From: Meyerozyma guilliermondii
Taxonomy: Eukaryota
Reading direction: 5' to 3'
Length of the DNA stretch: 64,000 nucleotides
NCBI GenBank assembly: GCA_051546255.1
Contig: CP128815.1
Coordinates: 372,001-436,000 of the forward strand
Shown here: positions 22,127 through 32,663 of the stretch, in pieces
Layout: each line of letters opens with the position of its first letter
Position numbering within the stretch: the stretch's first letter is position 1
Position numbers and translations under genes: made by a program
Notes under the pieces: generated by a model
Seen by the model: only the letters and a program-made list of their open reading frames with translations
The model's database searches: none
Told to the model about the DNA's origin: nothing

Positions 22127-23017
22127 ATGTTGCCGATTTTTCGTTCAACTATGAGTAAATCCGTTCCGAAATCAATACGAAGTGCCGCGTGCTTGATTAT
22201 TGGAGATGAAGTGCTCAATGGCAAAATTTTGGATACCAATTCCCATGAATTTGCCAAGGTTTGCTTTAATAGACTAAGCATACCTCTCCGTAAAACTATC
22301 GTTTGTGGGGACGACACAGAAGATATCATAAGGTCGATTAAGGTATTGAGGCAAGAGGGATATGACTTATTAGTAACGAGTGGTGGAATTGGACCTACTC
22401 ACGATGACATAACCTATGAAGCCATTGCAACAGCATATGACTTGAAATGTGAGATTGATTCAAGTGTGAAAGATCGGATGCAGCAATTGAGAAACGATTA
22501 CATTTCAACTTTATCTGCGCAACAAGCGGATGCATTTTACCGAATGGCTACAATACCACAAGCTACTGAGAAGATTTCTGTTGAAAAGATATATTGCGAC
22601 GATTCCCTTTGGGTTCCAATTGTTGGAATAGATGAACAGGTATATATATTACCGGGAGTTCCTCAGCTCTTCAAAAAGCTTCTTGATTATTTAGCTGACC
22701 ATATTAAGGGCCGTCTTGAGTCCAACATCCAGCATCGTTTCTTCATCAGAACAGACACAAAAGAGAGCGAACTAGCACCCTTTCTCTCTCAATTGCAGGG
22801 GAGATGCAATTCCGAATTTGGTATTAATGCCGTTAAGCTTGGAAGCTATCCCCATTTTAACTGGAACATGAATACAATCAGTGTCATTGGAGATAGCAAC
22901 ATAGCTCAGGACAGGTTGAAACTCATTGTAAAAGAGATTATATCGTCCATAGGAGGAGCTGCTCATGAAATCAGTCAAGAAGAAGAGGATAGATTGACTA
23001 CTCTGGATCCAAATTAA
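22127..23017 (+). CDS. FPY1: Molybdopterin-binding/CinA-like protein, FAD pyrophosphatase Fpy1 (YMR178W)-like
   Basis: IIGDEVLNGKILDTNS, TSGGIGPTHDDIT, ILPGVP, GSYPH motifs. Confidence 0.8.
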   Translation: MLPIFRSTMSKSVPKSIRSAACLIIGDEVLNGKILDTNSHEFAKVCFNRLSIPLRKTIVCGDDTEDIIRSIKVLRQEGYDLLVTSGGIGPTHDDITYEAIATAYDLKCEIDSSVKDRMQQLRNDYISTLSAQQADAFYRMATIPQATEKISVEKIYCDDSLWVPIVGIDEQVYILPGVPQLFKKLLDYLADHIKGRLESNIQHRFFIRTDTKESELAPFLSQLQGRCNSEFGINAVKLGSYPHFNWNMNTISVIGDSNIAQDRLKLIVKEIISSIGGAAHEISQEEEDRLTTLDPN

Positions 23018-23067
23018 TGACCTTGATGGTTATATACGAGATTTAATGACTTATGTAGCCGACAGTA

Positions 23068-25962
23068 TCAGAGGGTCTTCGATAATGCCGCTGTGATATC
23101 CTCCACTGCCTTTTCAATTCCACTGGGCTTATCACCCATTCCTTGAACAACATTTCCTTTACCACCTGCTTTTCCACCAATACTTGTAGATGCAAGAGCA
23201 GCCAAGTCATTAGAATTAACACCCTTCGAAATTGCATCATCCGATACGTAACACCCATGTGCAACCTTGTCTGATCCGGCAAATAAATATATGGTCTTCG
23301 AGTTGTGCTCCTTCTTGATCAAATTAATAGCATCGGTGATCGCCTTAGCATTAGCCGAGATATCGATATGAGAGACAAAGTAATCCGAGCTGTCCTCTGA
23401 TGTCAACCAATTGTTAACAGCCTCAAGCACTTTCTTAGACTCCTCTTTTTGTTTCGCTTTCAATTGATCCTTAATAGATTTGTCAAGCTTGGTAAACTTA
23501 GTGTTAAGCATCTGCTTGTCTAACACGGAAATGCTTAGCTTCTTGATAGCTACTCCCAACTCTTTGGTCTTCTGTTCCTTACTGGAACCAAAAGGCATGG
23601 CTTCTGCTTCACTCAATTGGCTGTCGTAGTCTTTAGCAAGTTTCTGTACGCGATGTGCTTCGGTACCAGTCACCGCGACAATTCTTCTGATTCCCTTGGC
23701 AATACCTGATTCTTCAATAATGACTAAATCCTTGATCTCACCCGTCTTGGCAACGTGTGTTCCACCACAGAATTCGACAGATACTTGGTGCCATTCGTCC
23801 CTTTTCGGATCCTTGAGCAAATCCTCCACGGGGACACCGACCGAAACAACTCTGACTGGGTCTGGATAAGTCTCTCCAAAAACCGCACGGAGTCCATTTA
23901 TTTGTTGAGCATCGGCCAATGGAACATCTTTCGCAAACACCTCTTTGTTGTCGGAAATATATTTGTTGGAGATAGCCTCAACTTTAGTAAGCTCTGCTGG
24001 AGTGAGACCCTGCTTATGACTAAAGTCAAATCTCAACTTTTCCGGGGCAACCAATGAACCCTTCTGATCGACACCATCTCCAAGAACCTCTCTCAATGCA
24101 AAATTTAAAACATGAGTACCTGTGTGATTGTTACGAATGGGCCACCTTCTCAATTCATCGTAACAAGCAAGAACCTCATCCTTTACCTTCAAAGTTCCGT
24201 AGACTATTGACCCTGTGTGCAACACGTAACCTCCATAAACTTGAACATTATCAACTTCAAATTCGGCAGATCCGTCGATCACAATCTTTCCTTTATCGTA
24301 CTCTTGACCACCTTGCTCGGCATAAAATGAGGTTTTGTCAAGAAGTATACCGACCTGCTGTCCCACCTCGGAAACTGAATCCACAAATGACGATCCGTCA
24401 TAGATCCCAACAACCTCAGCTTTGACATCGTCCAATCCGTATTTGTAGCTGTCATTCGTTTTTGGAATATTAGCGTTCGAATCAAGTTCTGACAAAGCAT
24501 GAACATCCAACTTGACCAACTGAGAAGAACCTTTGTTTGAAGAAGCTTTGGATGCTTCCCATGATTCCAACCTTGCTTTTTCAAAACCTTCCTCATCTAT
24601 TTTGAGGCCAGCTTCTGCTGCCATCAAACGCGTCAAATCTACGGGAAAGCCGTAAGTGTCGTAGAGTCTCCAGACATCCTTTCCCGATAAAGTTTGTTCG
24701 GGAGTTTTTGATGCTATGATAGCATATTGCTCAAAAAGCTTCTCACCTCTATCCAAAGTCTTAGCAAATGAAAGTTCCTCCTCGTTGAGAATTTCCTTCA
24801 AATCTTGCATGTTTCTCAATATTTCTGGAAATATTTCCGAGTTTTGCTCTATAACCACGGGAACAAGTTGCTGGAAGAAAGATCCAATAGGGCAGTTCAA
24901 ATATTTACGAACATATCTGGCCCCTCTTCTCAAGATTCTTCTCAAAACATAGCCTCTTCCTTCGTTGTTTGGTACTCCACCATCAGTGATAGCAAAAGTC
25001 AACGTTCTGACATGGTCAGCAATCACTCTGTATGCGGTGTCAATTCCGTCTTTGTCCTCAGAGCCAAATTTTCCAGTGTAGGGTCTTACTCCGGAAATTT
25101 CTCTTATTTTATCAAAGATGGGCTGGAATACGTCAGTGTCATAATTCGATGACTTTTGTTGCAAAATAGATACCAACCTTTCAAAACCCAAACCAGTGTC
25201 AATGTGCTTAGCTGGCAAGGGACGCAAAGAGCTATCTGGCTCCCTGTTATATTGCATGAACACCAAGTTCCAAATTTCAAGCACGTTAGGATCGTCCATA
25301 TTAACCAAGTGAGCAGCATTTCTGTTACCAATTCTATCATAGTGTATTTCCGAGCATGGTCCACATGGTCCTTGGTCACCCATTTCCCAGAAGTTGTCTT
25401 TTGCATCTCCGGTAAGTATATGATCTTCGGCAACGCCACGGTCGAGCCAAAATTGCTTAGCCTCAAGATCGGGGCCAAGACCAAGTTTTTCGTCGCCCTC
25501 AAAGTAGGTAACGTACAATCTGTCAGGGTCTAATTTGTACACGTCTGTAAGGAGCTCCCATGCCCATTCAATTGCTTCCTTTTTGAAGTAGTCGCCAAAT
25601 GACCAATTACCCAACATCTCAAAGAAAGTGTGATGGTATGAATCTTGACCAACATCCTCCAAATCATTATGCTTTCCTCCTGCTCTAATGCACTTTTGTG
25701 AGTTGACTGCCCTCTTCCAGGTCGACATTTCAGAGGCAGGGTCGACTGTACCCAAAAAAATAGGCTTGTACTGGTTCATACCAGCGTTGGCGAATAACAA
25801 CGTTGGATCGTTGTGGGGAACCACAGATGAAGATGGGACGAACTGATGACCATGCTTTTCTTTAAAGTAGTCCAAGAAGGTCGAGCGAACCTTAGACGCG
25901 GGCCAAATGATAGGAGAGTTAGTAGACATATTGTGTTTAAATCTCGAACACGTCCTTATCAT
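23068..25962 (-). CDS. ALA1: Alanyl-tRNA synthetase, probably both cytosolic and mitochondrial isoforms
   Basis: [34 protein letters not shown], editing EFCGGTH; second in-frame ATG at 25929. Confidence 0.97.
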   Translation of the reverse strand: MIRTCSRFKHNMSTNSPIIWPASKVRSTFLDYFKEKHGHQFVPSSSVVPHNDPTLLFANAGMNQYKPIFLGTVDPASEMSTWKRAVNSQKCIRAGGKHNDLEDVGQDSYHHTFFEMLGNWSFGDYFKKEAIEWAWELLTDVYKLDPDRLYVTYFEGDEKLGLGPDLEAKQFWLDRGVAEDHILTGDAKDNFWEMGDQGPCGPCSEIHYDRIGNRNAAHLVNMDDPNVLEIWNLVFMQYNREPDSSLRPLPAKHIDTGLGFERLVSILQQKSSNYDTDVFQPIFDKIREISGVRPYTGKFGSEDKDGIDTAYRVIADHVRTLTFAITDGGVPNNEGRGYVLRRILRRGARYVRKYLNCPIGSFFQQLVPVVIEQNSEIFPEILRNMQDLKEILNEEELSFAKTLDRGEKLFEQYAIIASKTPEQTLSGKDVWRLYDTYGFPVDLTRLMAAEAGLKIDEEGFEKARLESWEASKASSNKGSSQLVKLDVHALSELDSNANIPKTNDSYKYGLDDVKAEVVGIYDGSSFVDSVSEVGQQVGILLDKTSFYAEQGGQEYDKGKIVIDGSAEFEVDNVQVYGGYVLHTGSIVYGTLKVKDEVLACYDELRRWPIRNNHTGTHVLNFALREVLGDGVDQKGSLVAPEKLRFDFSHKQGLTPAELTKVEAISNKYISDNKEVFAKDVPLADAQQINGLRAVFGETYPDPVRVVSVGVPVEDLLKDPKRDEWHQVSVEFCGGTHVAKTGEIKDLVIIEESGIAKGIRRIVAVTGTEAHRVQKLAKDYDSQLSEAEAMPFGSSKEQKTKELGVAIKKLSISVLDKQMLNTKFTKLDKSIKDQLKAKQKEESKKVLEAVNNWLTSEDSSDYFVSHIDISANAKAITDAINLIKKEHNSKTIYLFAGSDKVAHGCYVSDDAISKGVNSNDLAALASTSIGGKAGGKGNVVQGMGDKPSGIEKAVEDITAALSKTL

Positions 25963-26459
25963 GCATCAAGTGTGCTCGAGGGATGAAAAAAACGAAGGTC
26001 GTGCAAGCTCAAGAATGTGCCAACAGTGCGTCGTGCGACTTGGATGCAAAATACTATTTCTGCCATGTATACTCTAGTCTGTGCTGAACAGAGGTATCAG
26101 CGAGTGGAATCTTTCTTTCGACAATGAGCCCAAAGGCAATTTATATATCGTTTTGACCTGATGTTTGAAAGGAAGTTTGGAAGGAGTAATCCCTTTTTCT
26201 TGCGAGATTTACACAAAAATTTGTGTTCTAAGAGCACTGGGGTCTATCTATTGGTTTTCTTCCGGATACATAAATTAAGGTGGTGGTTATGTTTCGGCTT
26301 TCCCAGCTAACTATATTAGTAGCAGGTAACTTACTGATTCAAATCCTGCATGTATGTATATATTGGTACAGGAAAAAATGCTCATTTTATGGCCCCAAAT
26401 AGAACATGCGGCCAAACTCAGCTTAATTGATATCATCATCCTTAAGCGCTCATGTTAAT

Positions 26460-27611
26460 ATGATTTTGATAGACGAGCAAAAGTACTCTTGTCTAGAATG
26501 TATCCGGGGTCACAGATCTAGTTCCTGTCGCCATTATGGGAGGCCCTTATTACAAGTAAGAACCAAAGGACGACCTAACACTCATACCAGCGGTCAAAAG
26601 AATCACAGAATAGCGGTATTCGCCGAGAAAATAGAGTCTGATCCTGACTTGCCCCACGCGAATGGGTCCAAATGTAACAAATCAAACCCTGTTATTATCC
26701 TCAAAGCATCTGCAAAGCATATAATCGACTTTGACAGTGGTAAAATACTCCGGCCATTAGGTGACTCAAATGAGAGCACGCTCCCCAAAACAACAGGTCC
26801 ATATATAAGTGAGGATAGCTTTGTTAACTCGGTTACCTGCGAGACCGGTGGCATAGTCAAGCCTAAAAAAGGCTGCAATTGTTGCCCTAACCGAGGAGGT
26901 AAGGTTAACAAGTCACAAATCGTCAGCTCGTATTTGAAAAGAAGGCGAGAGCAGCAGCCTGCGCTTCAGTTCATTGACTATTCTGATGAAATACCTAAGC
27001 AATCCCAGGAACGCAAACAATCCCCCTCATCTAGCACTGCCGAGAAAACTTCCACAACCTCAAGCAATGACCTTAGTCTCTCTGGTGACCAAACTCAATA
27101 TTTTGATGTGTTGAAAGTTCCATCTTGCACTATTCCAGGCTCTTGCTGCTGTGGTGACGATTGTGGCTGCGCCGGATGCATGGTGCATGGCAACTCTGGC
27201 ACCGGTCCTCTAAAAGTAGACAACACCAATCTCAACCATGAGTACATCAACTATATCAACCTGTTGATTATGAAAGATTCCCACAACATGATGTTCAGCT
27301 CCCTCTCATCTCCTGAGATGCAAATACCTGGACAACTTCAACATAATCCATCAAATTCGCATGAGGATATGACAAAGTCTAGCACATTGAGCATTGCAAA
27401 TGAGGAAGGTGTTAGTGGCCCAAACGATGGTCAATGCATCTGTCCCCCAGGGGCCTGTGAGTGCCCAAACTGCGAAACACATGGAATCATTGATGGCCTT
27501 CACCTTGATGATCTTTTCGCAGCCACGCTAAATCCAAGTCCGCAGCGCGAACAACTTCAGGTAAAAACAGAGCCTGCGCGCTGTTGCTCTAGTGCAGTTC
27601 ATTTAGAGTAA
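26460..27611 (+). CDS. MAC1: Copper-sensing transcription factor Mac1
   Basis: N-terminal copper-fist (KYSCLECIRGHRSSSC...KGRP) and two Cys-rich repeats (CCCGDDCGCAGCMVH; CICPPGACECPNCETH); ATG at 26460. Confidence 0.88.
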   Translation: MILIDEQKYSCLECIRGHRSSSCRHYGRPLLQVRTKGRPNTHTSGQKNHRIAVFAEKIESDPDLPHANGSKCNKSNPVIILKASAKHIIDFDSGKILRPLGDSNESTLPKTTGPYISEDSFVNSVTCETGGIVKPKKGCNCCPNRGGKVNKSQIVSSYLKRRREQQPALQFIDYSDEIPKQSQERKQSPSSSTAEKTSTTSSNDLSLSGDQTQYFDVLKVPSCTIPGSCCCGDDCGCAGCMVHGNSGTGPLKVDNTNLNHEYINYINLLIMKDSHNMMFSSLSSPEMQIPGQLQHNPSNSHEDMTKSSTLSIANEEGVSGPNDGQCICPPGACECPNCETHGIIDGLHLDDLFAATLNPSPQREQLQVKTEPARCCSSAVHLE

Positions 27612-27733
27612 CCACCTAGCATATGTAAATAGAATTAGTGGAGATAAGAAATAGTATGAGTGTTCATGTACAGTGTACGTTTTCGGCTCTTTTCGCAACT
27701 AGTATAGGCAGGCCCAAACACCGCGGTTGCGGT

Positions 27734-27758
27734 AGAATGTTCTAGCAATTTCCAGAAA
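27734..27758. promoter_or_regulatory. Heat shock element (five alternating nGAAn units, one imperfect) upstream of HSF1
   Basis: aGAAtgTTCtaGCAatTTCcaGAAa with exact 5-bp phasing. Confidence 0.7.
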
Positions 27759-27818
27759 TCTTTGTTTAAAGCCCGGGACATCAGCTGCAAGTTGCAACCA
27801 TTTCGTGGAACCTGAGTC

Positions 27819-29657
27819 ATGTCCGAGACCTTCAACAGCGAGCATCAGACTGGCGAAATATTTCATCCGGAGGCCAATGAAGATGATGTTCACATCATAG
27901 ATCGAAACCTCCCTGACACATCCAACTACGATGGGGCCAGCAATCTCATCCCGCTCACTATAGGAACACCCAAGCTCCAATACAATAATGATGGCAACTA
28001 CGTAGATCTGCCCCAGGGAAACAATCAGAACAACGAGAACAACAATTATCAGCAACTTCCTTATGAACCCTCTGGGTTCACTCCAACAGGTTATACTCCA
28101 GTGTTGGCTCCAAGCCCGAGCACAGAATTCCCAAGTAACCAACAGCTTGCAACGTTTAACCAGCCTAAATTCTATCCACCATTACAGCCTCTCTCGGAGT
28201 CGGTTATACCTAATGGGCTCACAATACAACCTTTTGCGTTAAAAGGAAAACCAGAGGCTGATATTCCTGACAGGCGGCCTATGACACAGCCTAAGAAGAA
28301 AAAAGAGAGTACGGGTCCGAAAACTAGGCCGGCTTTTGTTGTGAAGCTCTGGTCAATGGTTAACGATCCTGCCAACCACGAGTATATCAGGTGGAACGAG
28401 GACGGAAAAACGTTTCAAGTTTTCCATCGAGAAGATTTCATGAAATTGGTTCTTCCTAAATACTTCAAACATAACAACTTTGCCAGTTTCGTGAGACAAT
28501 TGAATATGTACGGGTGGCATAAAGTGCAAGACATCACTAGCGGAACTATGAATAACCAAAAGGACGAAAGAGGCAACGATGAAGCTTGGCAGTTTGAAAA
28601 CCCCAATTTCATTCGCGGCCATGAAGAATTGTTAGACAAGATTGTGAGGAACAGAAATGGAAATCAAGAAGGTGAAAATAATGATAGTCAAGTGAACTTT
28701 GCTTTGGTCATGAATGAACTAGACCAAATAAAGATGAATCAAATGGCTATAGGTGAAGATCTTCGCAGAATTCGCAAGGACAATCAGACCCTTTGGACTG
28801 AGAACAACAGAACTCGTGAGGCGCAGAAAGAGCAGGCAAAGACACTCGACAAGATATTGCATTTCTTAGCCGCAGTTTATGGAAATAACACAGGCAAGAT
28901 ATTGGAGGTGGACAACGCACCTTTTGAAGGAGAACATTACATGACTGCGTATTATCCAAATCAAACCTATCCTTCATCACAGCCGCAGGGTCAGCTGGCA
29001 TCAATGCAATTCAATCCATATCCTCAGAGATCTCCTAGCCCATTCAGTAAGCCTCGTTTAATGCTCACAAACGAAGCTCACCAGAGAAGTCCTTCAAGTA
29101 AAGATGAGGGTAGGCTGAGCTCTAATTCTGGCCCTGACTCCATTGAAGAGATAATGAGGTCCTACGAGAATACACCTAATAGCGCGCCTACAAACAGTCC
29201 CAATTTGAGCAAGATGTACCAACAAATCATGAATCAGGAAGGACCGGTATCATCTCCTCGCCATTATTTCCCTGAACTTGTTTCCAATGGATCATACTTC
29301 CCTAACCGCTCGCAATCACCAATCGAGGCCAATGGGAACTCCACCCACGACCTTATAAATGGAATAGAGCAGGATGTCAACAAGCAGGGTCAATCTCTAC
29401 AAAAAGTTCAAGATTGGATACAAGACTTGGCATCACAGCAGCAGAGAGACCAGCAGAAGAATCAAGGCACTGTTGAAGAGATTAGTCCCAAGAATGACCT
29501 TGATGAGTTTGATGTCAACGAGTTCTTGAATTCTAGCCAAAACTACAATTCCGGAGCCACACCCCAGAGCCCGCAAGATAATGCGGCTCAAAAATCAAAG
29601 AAGAGAAATGTTCAACAAACCAAGCCACAAGCCACCAAGAAGCAAAAACGCCTGTGA
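27819..29657 (+). CDS. HSF1: Heat shock transcription factor
   Basis: HSF DNA-binding domain (PAFVVKLWSMV, FKHNNFASFVRQLNMYGWHKV), trimerization coiled coil, CE2-like KPRLMLTN. Confidence 0.95.
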   Translation: MSETFNSEHQTGEIFHPEANEDDVHIIDRNLPDTSNYDGASNLIPLTIGTPKLQYNNDGNYVDLPQGNNQNNENNNYQQLPYEPSGFTPTGYTPVLAPSPSTEFPSNQQLATFNQPKFYPPLQPLSESVIPNGLTIQPFALKGKPEADIPDRRPMTQPKKKKESTGPKTRPAFVVKLWSMVNDPANHEYIRWNEDGKTFQVFHREDFMKLVLPKYFKHNNFASFVRQLNMYGWHKVQDITSGTMNNQKDERGNDEAWQFENPNFIRGHEELLDKIVRNRNGNQEGENNDSQVNFALVMNELDQIKMNQMAIGEDLRRIRKDNQTLWTENNRTREAQKEQAKTLDKILHFLAAVYGNNTGKILEVDNAPFEGEHYMTAYYPNQTYPSSQPQGQLASMQFNPYPQRSPSPFSKPRLMLTNEAHQRSPSSKDEGRLSSNSGPDSIEEIMRSYENTPNSAPTNSPNLSKMYQQIMNQEGPVSSPRHYFPELVSNGSYFPNRSQSPIEANGNSTHDLINGIEQDVNKQGQSLQKVQDWIQDLASQQQRDQQKNQGTVEEISPKNDLDEFDVNEFLNSSQNYNSGATPQSPQDNAAQKSKKRNVQQTKPQATKKQKRL

Positions 29658-30285
29658 CGAACCTAATACAATGAGCTGGCTCATATCTTGTACAGTGCGT
29701 AATTCTATTTAGAGTCAATACATCACTTTCCAATTTTTACAAAATTTGGCAATATGTCAAAAATTCACCATCCGAACCGATATCAATTGAAACCGAGCAA
29801 TTGTTTCTCATTTATCGGCGGCGGAATTACTCTGTTGGGCCGTAAAAATTCTTGACAGCTTCTCCCCCACTATGATGACGTTCTTTTTTGCGCTTTTCAT
29901 GCAAGTGCGCAATTATATTTCGAGTCGGCACTCAACGGCTCAGATCCCAAGCGTGTGACAGTGTCGAATGCAGAAGCTGCGGCGCAGTGCATTTACGGCT
30001 CTTTGCATGGGAAGGCGGATAAAAAAAAACCTCACATATTAAACTTTAAACTTCCGACCTCGGACCGGTAGGACTTCTAACCTTCTTTCCGATCAGCCGC
30101 TAATTTAGCACCCCTTGCACCCACGGCGCGCACTTTAGTCATATTGAAGAAATTGAAACCACCTTGTGTTTTTTGAGTATAGGCTAGTAATCGCAACATA
30201 GCAAACCAACAGTTTCGACAGTGACTTGGGGTTTCAAAACAGCCACTGATATCCTTGTGGCGGGTTTGCTTACGACGTACAGTCT

Positions 30286-32634
30286 ATGTGGTTAGACCAA
30301 GATACTCAAGACCACACTTCCGAAATGGCTACCAGTCCAACCAACGCTGCTCATAGAACCAAGGAGAGAAAACGACACTACTCGAAGAATGGGTGCCGCG
30401 AGTGCAAGCGTCGAAAGATCAAATGTGATGAAGCAAAACCCAGCTGCTGGCAGTGTGAGCGCTTAAAAAAGTCATGTTCGTATCCCGATGTTGGTGAGAA
30501 GGTACTTCGAGTTGCACGTAGGTCTGTGACCTCCCGCTCAAGCTCGTCCCCAAAAAGCGAGATAACACCACAACCTGTTTCGGCTCACAGTACTACCGCT
30601 ATCAAGCCTGAAATTCCTGCCAGGTTCATGAACGTGCCGAATCAAGAATCAAGAGGCTTTAATGAGCCGAATGGTCATCAACAGTATCCTCCGAGCCAGA
30701 GCTTACCTCAAAATAAAGCTCAAAATCAACTACAAATGCCCAATCATTATGCCCATTATCCTCATGTGCCAGTTTCACAGCCTCAACATCAGCAACATTT
30801 TGCAGCACCGCAACCGCATCATCTTTCACACCCACCTCAACCCCAGCAACAACATGGCATCCCTATCCCGCTCCCGCCCCATCACTATTCACCATATGGA
30901 ATACCACAGCACCGCTATATTCCATCTTCCATTCTGAATCTATTGAATGACACGCTGAATGGCTTACTGTCTTCAGATCATTCTTCGTCTTACACTTCCA
31001 AAGGTAACACTCTGCCCGGATCATCCTTATCCCAAGATTCGCCGGTCATGTATACCACTCCTGGGTTGCATCATCCCAAACCAGATGAAAACCATCTCGC
31101 AGTATCCGATTTTACACAGAATGACAACATGATGATTCTAGACAACTACCAGTATTTCAACCAGGACGACCTCAATTTATTAGCATCTGACCTTAACAAC
31201 ATCGTGAGCAACATCATGTTTGAGTCTAATTACGATGGAAAGTTCGATGCTGCGAACTTCAAGAGCGATATCAAGGAGGACGGGAACATGCGGACCAGCT
31301 CGCCCCACCAGCCTGATTTAGACCTGAAAAATATAGCTTTTGATTACATTCAGGTGAGCAGCCCCCATGAAAAGCTTTACTTGGAGGAGTTCTACACTCA
31401 TTTTGCTCATATTATCCTTCCTTTTTGCTCTTGGGATGAGACTACTAATACCTACGTTAATCCTGCTCGTGATATATTGCTTCAGAGAGCGGCTAAAGAA
31501 CCATTTCTCCTAGCTGCGGTTCTTGCCCAAGGAGCAAAGACGTCCTTTGTCAGGCACGGAAATGAAGCCGATGAAGAAGCTTATTGCAGTTATTTGTCGA
31601 AGTGCCTCAAGTTACTTGGACCTGCGTTGGGAAACGGCGACGAAAAGGAGACCGTGGACCTTCGATCTAACATTGAGGCTGTGCTCTTGACAGTTTTGCT
31701 ATTGACTTCGGCCAATGCATCGAATCTGAAGCAGGATTGGCGACCGCACTTGAGAGGGGCCAAGGACTTGCTATTAAAGTACACTTCTAACAATCGAAAG
31801 TGGAGAAATTCAAAGATTTTAGTATTTTGCAAATACTGGTTTGTATCCTTCGAAGTCCTAGCGGGAATCAGTTCAAGTAAAGGCGGTACTCTCAAGACCA
31901 ACTCTGAAATCGACTCCTTGATGAACCCTGGTAATCGATATGAGATCCAAGTGATGAAGGATTTAGGGTTTATAAAAGAGAATGGTTTCAATATTCTTTA
32001 CGGTTACCACAACAGTTGTGTCGCTCATCTTCGAGATTTGGTCAAGATTCTTAACAAAATTAGACAAAATGAAACTGTCGATGCTTTTGAGATTCTCAGA
32101 GTTGTCGCGGATCTATACAAGCAAACTGAAATCGAATTCATCAATAAGAATGGAATTATGTCACCTAGTGATTTGAGACCTGGACAACCTACGACTGGCC
32201 ATTTGTTGGAACGTGTCTTTGTTAACAAGCAAGAAAAGATTTTGAGCTGGATGGACATATGCCATCAGGCATACGTTTTGGGAGGTGTCTTAACTCTCTT
32301 GACCAAAGGCTTGAACACACCCTATGATTCCCCTGCCGTTCAACAGATAACGTCCATTCTTGTTTCCTTCGTTGAAGTTTTGGTTACTGTCCCTGAGAGA
32401 CCTGCAGCGATAAAGTGTGCCGGGATGATGATCCAATGGCCTCTGTTGGTAGCAGCCATGAATTGCAAAGGGGAGGAGCGTAGGTTCACAATGATGAAAT
32501 TTTTCAAGAATTCGAGTCAAAATGGATCTGGTGGAGCACAGATTGCACTTAGGAGAACCAAGAAGATTTGGAGCCAGCGTGACAATGGAGAGCCCATTGA
32601 TGGTTCTGATGATGCCGAGTTTGTTTCTTACTGA
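30286..32634 (+). CDS. Zn(II)2Cys6 transcription factor, Lys14-like
   Basis: YSKNGCRECKRRKIKCDEAKPSCWQCERLKKSCSY cluster; C-terminal fungal TF domain (WRPHLRGA). Confidence 0.85.
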   Translation: MWLDQDTQDHTSEMATSPTNAAHRTKERKRHYSKNGCRECKRRKIKCDEAKPSCWQCERLKKSCSYPDVGEKVLRVARRSVTSRSSSSPKSEITPQPVSAHSTTAIKPEIPARFMNVPNQESRGFNEPNGHQQYPPSQSLPQNKAQNQLQMPNHYAHYPHVPVSQPQHQQHFAAPQPHHLSHPPQPQQQHGIPIPLPPHHYSPYGIPQHRYIPSSILNLLNDTLNGLLSSDHSSSYTSKGNTLPGSSLSQDSPVMYTTPGLHHPKPDENHLAVSDFTQNDNMMILDNYQYFNQDDLNLLASDLNNIVSNIMFESNYDGKFDAANFKSDIKEDGNMRTSSPHQPDLDLKNIAFDYIQVSSPHEKLYLEEFYTHFAHIILPFCSWDETTNTYVNPARDILLQRAAKEPFLLAAVLAQGAKTSFVRHGNEADEEAYCSYLSKCLKLLGPALGNGDEKETVDLRSNIEAVLLTVLLLTSANASNLKQDWRPHLRGAKDLLLKYTSNNRKWRNSKILVFCKYWFVSFEVLAGISSSKGGTLKTNSEIDSLMNPGNRYEIQVMKDLGFIKENGFNILYGYHNSCVAHLRDLVKILNKIRQNETVDAFEILRVVADLYKQTEIEFINKNGIMSPSDLRPGQPTTGHLLERVFVNKQEKILSWMDICHQAYVLGGVLTLLTKGLNTPYDSPAVQQITSILVSFVEVLVTVPERPAAIKCAGMMIQWPLLVAAMNCKGEERRFTMMKFFKNSSQNGSGGAQIALRRTKKIWSQRDNGEPIDGSDDAEFVSY

Positions 32635-32663
32635 ATTATTTATTACAGCGCAGGAGATTTAAC

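Noticed and set aside
26377..26384. Mac1 autoregulatory copper-response element
   Set aside because: Sequence is AATGCTCA rather than TTTGC(T/G)CA and occurs singly.
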